Of a stretch of DNA of 16,731 bases, positions 9,017 through 16,731 are shown piece after piece. The DNA comes from Octopus sinensis (taxonomy: Eukaryota): assembly GCF_006345805.1 (NCBI RefSeq), contig NW_021825058.1, forward strand, positions 1-16,731, given 5' to 3'. The notes beneath the pieces were generated by a model. That model searched no databases and was not told the origin of the DNA. It saw only the letters and a list, made by a program, of their open reading frames with translations. Position 1 is the first letter of the stretch, and each line of letters starts with the position of its first letter. The position numbers and the translations under genes are program-made.

Positions 9017-9548
9017 GGCGCAGGAGTGCCTGTGTGGTAAGTAGCTTGCAACGAACTGGCAGAATCATTAGCACGCCGGGCGAAATGCTTAGCGGTATTT
9101 CGACTGTCTTTATGTTCTGAGTTCAAATTCCGGCCGAGGTCGACTTTGCCTTTCATCCTTTCGGGGTCGATAAATTAAGTACCAGTTATGCACTGGGGTC
9201 GCTATAATCGACTTAATACCTATGTTTGTCCTTTTTTGTCCCCTCTGTGTTTAGCCCCTTGTGGGTAATAAAGAAATAGAAATAGGTATTTCGACTGTCT
9301 TTATGTTCTGAGTTCAAATTCCGCCGAGGTCGACTTTGCCTTTCATCCTTTCGGGGTCGATAAATTAAGTACCAGTTATGCACTGGGGTCGCTATAATCG
9401 ACTTAATACCTATGTTTGTCCTTGTTTGTCCCCTCTGTGTTTAGCCCCTTGTGGGTAATAAAGAAATAGGTAAGTAGTTTGCTTACCAACCACATGTATC
9501 CGGGTTCAGTCCCACTGCGTGACACCTTGGGCAAGTGTCTTCTACTAA
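9017..9548 (+). mobile_element. SINE family T head (9017-9049 and 9469-9548) interrupted by a family M insertion
   Basis: GGCGCAGGAGTGCCTGTGTGGTAAGTAGCTTGC resumes as GGTAAGTAGTTTGCTTACCAACCACATG...; 14-bp TSD at 9036-9049 and 9469-9482 with 1 mismatch. Confidence 0.9.
9050..9468 (+). mobile_element. SINE family M insertion with tandemly duplicated body (units 9094-9278 and 9285-9468)
   Basis: Two ~185-bp units differ by only one indel and one substitution by eye; bounded by the 14-bp TSD. Confidence 0.95.
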
Positions 9549-9554
9549 ATATAT

Positions 9555-9705
9555 CTATACGACACCAGTTTCTTTTCCGTTTCCATCTACCAAATCGACT
9601 GACAAGGCTTTAATCGGCCCGCGGCTATATTAGAAGACACTATTCCAAGGTGCCAGGCAATGAGACTGAACCTGGAACCACATAGTTCGGAAGGAAGTTT
9701 TTTTT
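9555..9705 (-). mobile_element. Decayed SINE family T 5' half, inverted relative to 9469-9548
   Basis: GTTTCCATCTACCAAATC...AGAAGACAC...CCAAGGTGCC...GACTGAACCTGGAACCAC matches 6246-6355. Confidence 0.85.
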
Positions 9706-10416
9706 ACAAATAATATATGCGTCCTTTTACTACACAATCTATTTCCCTTCAGCTTATACTCCGGCAATAAAACAACTATCTGTCATATCGTGCGGTGTTT
9801 ATTCAAATGTCTATATAGCTTTTATCTATAATAAAAACAAAAAAGAAGGAAGGCCCCCATGTCTACGTTAAAAATCTCATAATATATTTAATGAAGTATT
9901 GCCAAAGCAGGTAGACTAAGCTGAACTTCATGAATAAAATATCTATATCGACACTTCTTCAAGATTTTATCGATCTTTCTTTGATTCCATATCGCTTTAC
10001 AAGAATTTTTTTTCTCCCACGTTCATTCTTTTCTCTCCATAGGAAAAAAATTTTTTGTTTGTTCCAAAAAAAGCTTAAAAAGAATGAAAAATATAAACTC
10101 AACATTTTTAACGATATTATTTTAAAACTCTTTTGCTTTCGTTTTTTTTTCACTACTTGTTACCTTTTATATACTTTCATATATATTTCTTCTTTAAGCA
10201 ATTTCAATTTTCATATTGTTTTTCTATTGTTTTTGTGTTATATTCGTATTCTTTTTAACGTAAATTATATTAATATTTTTCTTCGTTCAATTTTTTCTCC
10301 TTCGTTCTGTATGAAATTATAAACCGTCTTCACTCGCTTATTCATTCTTTTTCACACCACGTTATTCATTTAATCTTTCATTGATTTTTATAATTTTATA
10401 CAGTTTACATATTGAC

Positions 10417-10447
10417 TGTTGTTGTTGTTGTTGTTGTTGTTGTTATT
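10417..10447. repeat. (GTT)n microsatellite
   Basis: Visible in sequence. Confidence 0.9.
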
Positions 10448-10629
10448 GCTGTGATTTTAGAATTATTTTTAAAAATAAATATTATTTTTATTTCTTGCTT
10501 TTCTTTTGTTTATTTACACCATAATGCCATTTTACGTTTTATTTCATTTTAGATTTATTTTAATTTTAACAGTTTTATTTATTTCTCAATTTCTTTCAGA
10601 GTATGTTACCAATATTATTAATATTACCG

Positions 10630-10659
10630 ATAATAATATCAATAATAACAATAATAATG

Positions 10660-10693
<34 letters not shown>

Positions 10694-10743
10694 CAACAAC
10701 AATAATAATGAGAAGGAGGAGGATTATGATAATAATGATAATA

Positions 10744-10803
<60 letters not shown>

Positions 10804-10932
10804 TAATAATAATAATAATGAATTCTTTAAGGATACAAATTAATGCAGTAAAAGAGAAAAATTCTTTGTTTTTTTTTTATATTTAACATCATTATTTCAT
10901 TAACTTCTACTTTACTACTACTATTATTATTA

Positions 10933-10966
<34 letters not shown>
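10630..10966. repeat. (AAT)n then (ATT)n trinucleotide tracts
   Basis: (AAT)n at about 10630-10820 and (ATT)n at about 10922-10966. Confidence 0.95.
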
Positions 10967-10967
<1 letters not shown>

Positions 10968-10968
<1 letters not shown>

Positions 10969-11141
10969 GCCGGACGAAATGCTTAGCGGTATTTCACCCG
11001 TCGCTACGGTGTGAGTTCAAATTCTGAGGAGGTCGATTTTACCTTTCATCCTTTCGGGAGTCGATAAAGTAAGTACCAGTTGAACACTGGGGTCGATATA
11101 ATAGACTCATCCCTTCCCCAAAATTGCTGTCCTTGTGGCAA
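10968..11141 (+). mobile_element. 5'-truncated SINE family M (alternative tail), embedded in (ATT)n
   Basis: GACGAAATGCTTAGCGGTATTTC...GAGTTCAAATTC...CCTTTCATCCTTTCGGGAGTCGATAAA...CCCCAAAATTGCTGTCCTTGTG. Confidence 0.9.
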
Positions 11142-11200
<59 letters not shown>

Positions 11201-11212
11201 TATTATTATTAT

Positions 11213-11531
11213 ATACTTTTAATCTGCATGCTTGTTACAATCTTTCACCGAAACACACCCAGCGTCCTTGGGTGAGTGAAAGATAAGAGGTGTTACAGTA
11301 TGACTGAAAGCCTGAGGAGGGCAAGTGTCACGGACAGTAGCGAAATATCTTCATGTAATACAACATATACATTTAAATTGATAGTGTTTTTCTATGGATG
11401 TAGGTAGTACAAGTCAGCATAATCATTTGGATTTCTCTGATACATGGTTCTCCTGGGATATTACCTAGCTGTTCCAGACATCCCTTTCTTATCATACCCA
11501 CGGCACCCACAATAACAGGAACAGCTCTCGC
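11213..11531 (-). mobile_element. 5'-truncated R4/Dong-like non-LTR retrotransposon (RLE-domain C-terminus 11531 to 11373 plus 3' UTR) within (TAA)n
   Basis: Minus translation ARAVPVIVGAVGMIRKGCLEQLGNIPGEPCIREIQMIMLTCTTYIHRKTLSI* fits the VPVVIGALG...IQK..LLGT..ILRK.L end of R4-clade ORFs. (TAA)n lies on both sides of the element's sense strand. Confidence 0.85.
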
Positions 11532-11586
<55 letters not shown>

Positions 11587-11602
11587 CATCATCATCATCA
11601 TC

Positions 11603-11641
<39 letters not shown>

Positions 11642-11817
11642 TTTATTATATGTTGTTGTTGTTCTTGTTATTGCTACTAGTATCATTAATAGTATCTTTT
11701 ATAACTATTTTCATTATTACTAATCTTACTACCATTATTAATATTAATAGGAGTATAACTACTGTTGTTATTTTTATTAGCAATATTATTATTGTTGCAT
11801 TCATTATTATTTTCATT

Positions 11818-11852
<35 letters not shown>

Positions 11853-11924
11853 TATCCCCACCACCAGCTCCATCCTCATAATTTTTCTTATAATAATAAT
11901 GATAATAATAATAATAATATAATA

Positions 11925-11962
<38 letters not shown>

Positions 11963-12087
11963 CATCATTATTATTATCATTATCATCATCATTATTATTA
12001 TTATTATCATTATTATCATTATTATTATTATCATTATTATTATTATTCTTATCATTATTATTATTATTACTATTATTATCATTATTA

Positions 12088-12121
<34 letters not shown>

Positions 12122-12135
12122 CATTATTATTATTA

Positions 12136-12181
<46 letters not shown>

Positions 12182-12420
12182 CACTATTATTATCATTATT
12201 ATCATTATTGTTATTATCATTATTATTATCATTATTATTATTATTATTATCATTATTATTATTATCATCATTATTATTATTATTATCAATATTATTATCA
12301 TTATTATTATTATTATTATAATTATTATTGTTATTATTATTGCTATAATCATCATCTTCACCACCACCACCACCATCATCATTATTGTTATTATTATCGT
12401 TGCTGCTATTATTATCAGCA
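11532..12420. repeat. ~900-bp (ATT/ATC)n compound trinucleotide microsatellite
   Basis: Visible in sequence; source of the poly-Ile/Asn/Met ORFs. Confidence 0.97.
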
Positions 12421-12809
12421 ACGTTACTGATATATTTATTACACTAACATTAATACTCTTTTTTTTGTATTGTTATAAACTCCTTTGTTTTATCTTGGTT
12501 TCCTTGTTTATATCGTTCATATTGTTCTTAGTTATTTGGTCTAAGAGTTTTTTCTTAATATTATAATTTTCTTTTAAAAAATTCATTTTCTTTTACTTTT
12601 ACCTGTGAATATTTATATTTTGATTTCAATCGCTTTTTTTTCTGGCTAAGAAATTTGTGGAAAAAAATTTAAATAAATATGGAAGGCGAAAAAATAAACG
12701 GTGATAAACGTACATAATCATACAGAAGCATACACATAGGGATGTACACGCGTAAACATAGTCAGACACACACACACTGGCATACACAAAATTCGTACAC
12801 GAGATTTAA

Positions 12810-12829
12810 ACGTGTATGTGTGTGTACCC

Positions 12830-12860
<31 letters not shown>

Positions 12861-12918
12861 AGTGTGTATGCATATGCATGAATGTTTGCTGCTTGCATAT
12901 GTATGTATGTTTGCATGC

Positions 12919-12949
<31 letters not shown>

Positions 12950-13300
12950 CATATGTACCTACACATGCATACATACATGCATATATGTATATGTATATAT
13001 GTATATATATATATGTATATATATATTATATATATGTATATGTATATATATAAATAAATATATATATATATATATAATATATATATATATATACATATGT
13101 ACCTACACATGCATACATACATGCATATATGTATATGTATATATGTATATATATATATGTATATATATATTATATATATGTATATGTATATATATAATAT
13201 ATATATATATATATATCTATATATATTATATATATATATGTATATATATGTATGTGTATGTATGTATACACATCTTTGCACACATATGCAACCATGCATA
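12810..13300. repeat. (AT)n-rich compound microsatellite with an internal ~144-bp tandem duplication
   Basis: CATATGTACCTACACATGCATACATACATGC occurs at 12950 and 13094. Confidence 0.9.
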
Positions 13301-13699
13301 TAGAAGAATCCTACGCAAAGACCAGAAATAATATCATATCAGGTCAAGGATTTCTGATCGATAACGAAGCAATTATAAGTGGAATAACTTTAGATTCTTC
13401 TCGTTTATTCATATTCTTCATTTTGCAATAAAGTCTTCAGCTGTTCCTCGCATCGCTGTTGAGATAATTGAGAATAGTGTGTAAGTCGTATACAAGACTG
13501 ATTTATCGATCTATTGATTTTGATCAATTGGTTTGCTGTTTCTGTCGGTTTGCGGGTTGGTCTGGTCTGGGTGTTGGTTTGTAGGCTTGTGTGTTGATTG
13601 GGCGAGTGGTTGATTTTCTTTTTATGTGTTGTCGTTTTATTCTTGCTTTTTTATTTCTTGGTTACCTTGTCTTTATGATTATTTTTTATTCGTGTGTGT

Positions 13700-13960
<261 letters not shown>

Positions 13961-13993
13961 TAGAGACACGGGGAGAAGAGTTAGTAAGTAGGC

Positions 13994-14222
<229 letters not shown>

Positions 14223-14658
14223 GCATACGCACATATGTACAGTCCTCAGCGCAGGAATATTAACAGCTGTCGGCATGTGTGTTATCTAAGGTTGATTCTG
14301 TGTGTCTACTCACATGTAGTATTGTGTGAATATGTGCACTTTATTTTTTTATTTTTATATATTCTTTTTCTTTATTTAACGGTTCTTCGAATTCTTAATG
14401 GAATTTAAGGCAGTTAATATATTTGAGATGGTTATCTGGATTGGATCAAGATAGATTGAGCAATGATATACGCGCACGCGTTGTCTGTCTGTGCATTGTG
14501 TCTGTATGTATGCGCATGGAAATATTTGTGGGTCCGTGTTTGGGTGTGAGGTATGGTATTGCATGTATTTGGAGTGGACCCCATGTTAAAGTTCAATTTA
14601 CATATATGTATGCACTTGAGAATTGTCGCTTGAGATTTACATATGTGTATGCATTGAG

Positions 14659-14748
14659 ATTTTCGTCGCTTTGAAACCGCGACCATTTCACTGACAAAAT
14701 TCCGAGATGCAACACCGAATTTTGTCGCGGTCTCAAAGCGACGAAAAT
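14659..14748. repeat. 90-bp imperfect palindrome (MITE-like or hairpin)
   Basis: Arms ATTTTCGTCGCTTTGAAACCGCGAC / GTCGCGGTCTCAAAGCGACGAAAAT (24/25 complementary); inner GACAAAATTC / GAATTTTGTC; centre TGCA. Confidence 0.9.
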
Positions 14749-14789
14749 ATTTTGGCAAATTTAATTTAAATGTTGAAGTAAATCTAACG

Positions 14790-14834
<45 letters not shown>

Positions 14835-14837
14835 TTA

Positions 14838-14932
14838 TTTTGCTTTCATCCTTCGGGTCGAAAAACTAAGTACCAGTTGCGTACTGGGATTGATGTAAAA
14901 TTCCCAGGCCTTGGCCTTCAGTAGAAAGAATA
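14838..14932 (+). mobile_element. SINE family M 3' fragment
   Basis: GCTTTCATCCTTCGGGTCGAAAAACTAAGTACCAGTTG...GGCCTTG...GTAGAAAGAATA. Confidence 0.8.
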
Positions 14933-15120
14933 TATATAACGGTTATATATATATATATATATATATATTATTTCAGTAAAAGCAATTAAGATTCAAGTGA
15001 GTTCCAATGAATTCACACGAATGCGGTACTTAACTTAGATGCACCAGAAATCTATATGGTATTAACCATAAAATAATGTGGGGTAATTATAAACAAGAAA
15101 AAAGCAACAAGAATGGATTA

Positions 15121-15217
15121 GTTTTTCAGTACAATTGTTTCATACGAAGAACAGCTTTATTAAAAGCTGCAAATATTGCAGCAAATACAAGTGTCCCGTA
15201 CTCATCAGCCAAAACAC
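15121..15217 (-). ncRNA. Type I hammerhead ribozyme (Penelope-like element type)
   Basis: Minus strand: TTTTGG-CTGATGA-GTACG...CGTAT-GAAA-CAATTG-TA-CTGAAA. Intact core, stem II GTACG/CGTAT, palindromic stem III ACAATTGT, GUA triplet, stem I TTTTGG/CTGAAA with G-U pairs. Confidence 0.75.
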
Positions 15218-15485
15218 ATATGAGTTTTGCAAACATCCTAGGGGGTGAGGCTATTGCGAAGTGCAAAGCTGGAAGAGCATACATACGATGAGTACGTGTA
15301 GAGAGGAAGTGAAACTCATGGCATGTAAAAGAAAAATGAATAGAAGTGTATTGAGAACAAAGACTAATTTAATTGCACTAAACGAGGTTTGCAGATAATC
15401 TGGACCATTAATCTTTTAATAGTATCAGATGCAGTTATCTGTTGGAAAAGAAAACGTTGCGTGTATGTATCGATATATCTCAAGC

Positions 15486-15592
15486 TGTCTCTCTCACTCT
15501 CACTCACTCTCACTCACTCTCAGTCTCTCTCTCTCTCTCTTTCTTTCTTTATATATATACATACATATATATATATATCTATATATACAGAA

Positions 15593-15625
<33 letters not shown>

Positions 15626-15640
15626 GACAGAGACAGACAG
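15486..15640. repeat. (CT)n-(AT)n-(GA)n/(GACA)n compound microsatellite
   Basis: Visible in sequence. Confidence 0.95.
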
Positions 15641-15817
15641 AGAAAACAAAGGGATGACACCGGAAAAGCCAAATGTTATTTAATAACATTCATTAGCTTA
15701 CAGCTGATGAACTTCATATAGGATGAGAGTCCACTACATCTTATAAGAGAAACTGTTGTAAGCTAACGAGGTTTATTACATAACAGAGCATTTTCCAGTG
15801 CCATGACTTTGTTTTCT
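15641..15817 (+). mobile_element. Fold-back element: ~62-bp inverted arms enclosing a hammerhead-like core (Penelope-like remnant)
   Basis: AGAAAACAAAG..ATG.CAC.GGAAAA...TGTTAT.TAATAA...TTAGCTTACA (15641-15702) matches the reverse complement of 15757-15817; CTGATGA at 15704 and GAAAC at 15749. Confidence 0.65.
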
Positions 15818-15844
15818 ATTACCGCTCTATACTCACATAACATT

Positions 15845-16020
15845 GTGAGGGGTTAAGACTATTTCATCAATCCCAAAGTTTCGCTGGTACTTAATTTATT
15901 GATCCCGAAAGGATGGAAGGCAGAGTCGAAATCGGCAGGGTTTCAACGCAGTACGTAGCGACGGGCGAATTACCGCTAAGCATTTCGCCAGGGTGCTAAC
16001 GATTCTGCCAACTAGCCGCC
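15845..16020 (-). mobile_element. Decayed SINE family M copy
   Basis: CTGGTACTTAATTTATTGATCCCGAAAGGATGGAAGGC...CCGCTAAGCATTTCGCC...GATTCTGCCAACTAGCCGCC. Confidence 0.88.
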
Positions 16021-16037
16021 ATTTATATTTGCCAAGA

Positions 16038-16250
16038 TTTCTTTCAACATAGACACAAAGCCTGAAATTTCGGAGGAGGGGACTACTCCATTTCATCGAC
16101 ACCAGTGCTTCACTGTTACTTAATTTATCTATCCCGAAAAGATGACAGACAAAGTCGATCTCGGCAGAATTTGAACTCGGAATGTGAAGACAGACGAAAT
16201 GTTGTTAAACATTTTTCCCGGCGTGCTAACGATTCGGCCAGCTCGGCGCC
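16038..16250 (-). mobile_element. Decayed full-length SINE family M copy (alternative tail)
   Basis: CCCGAAAAGATGACAGACAAAGTCGATCTCGGCAGAATTTGAACTC...GCTAACGATTCGGCCAGCTCGGCGCC; possible decayed TSD TTTATATTTGCCAAGA / TTTACATCTACCAATA. Confidence 0.88.
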
Positions 16251-16731
16251 TTTTTACATCTACCAATAATAAACCGATATATTTAAGACTATATTGTGCG
16301 ATTTGAGGGAGGCTTAGCTACATTTTCTCATTAGATTGTTGTAGATATGATGTAATTGTGGCAGGTGCTATTGGGAATATATATCAACGAAATACAAAGA
16401 TTGAAAAGTGACAGCTAAAATATATTGGACAGCATATCGGTTTATTGGATTGCAAGATCCACAGAGCTCTTTATTTTACATTGACGAATAAATGGTATAT
16501 AAACAATATATGGTATTGATTATAAGGTAGCTGGATATACACTGGTCATATAGGTATTGATCTCTGAAAACTAAAACCGAACAATTGCCTGTATAATATG
16601 TACATCCACAACAGCACAGATACACCACACACACACACAAACTAACACACAAACAAGAAGCATATAGATACATATACGCAATATACATGCATGTATATTC
16701 CTGCTCGATTCATCCCGAGGGTATGAAACAA

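Noticed and set aside
9094-9468. Direct repeats suggesting a CRISPR array or LTR pair
   Set aside because: The units are 185-bp SINE bodies with no spacers, no TG..CA ends and no internal region.
9753-9910. Candidate exon after TTTCCCTTCAG ending at CAG/GTAGAC
   Set aside because: The best frame hits a stop before the donor and shows no recognisable homology.
9930-10322. 130-aa F/I/L/K-rich ORF
   Set aside because: Low-complexity T-rich DNA; the composition reflects base bias, with no domain motif.
10506-12421. Poly-Asn, poly-Ile and poly-Met ORFs
   Set aside because: Products of (AAT/ATT/ATC)n repeats.

Overview
AT-rich eukaryotic non-coding DNA (intronic or intergenic), with no host protein-coding gene that I can support. 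Nearly all listed ORFs are microsatellite translations. The mix of dense (AT)n/(AAT)n/(GATA)n tracts and several tRNA-derived SINE families resembles coleoid cephalopod (Octopus-like) genomes; this is an inference from recalled repeat families, not a database result. The window holds about 15 SINE copies from at least 4 families and five 5'-truncated LINE remnants: CR1, two CR1-group, RTE, and an R4/Dong-like one sitting in (TAA)n. There are two nested insertions with clear target-site duplications. The most interesting signals are RNA structures: a type I hammerhead ribozyme on the minus strand at about 15121-15217, a second hammerhead core inside a ~60-bp inverted repeat at 15641-15817, a weaker hammerhead-like motif at about 2400 (all typical of Penelope-like elements), and a 90-bp near-perfect palindrome at 14659-14748.
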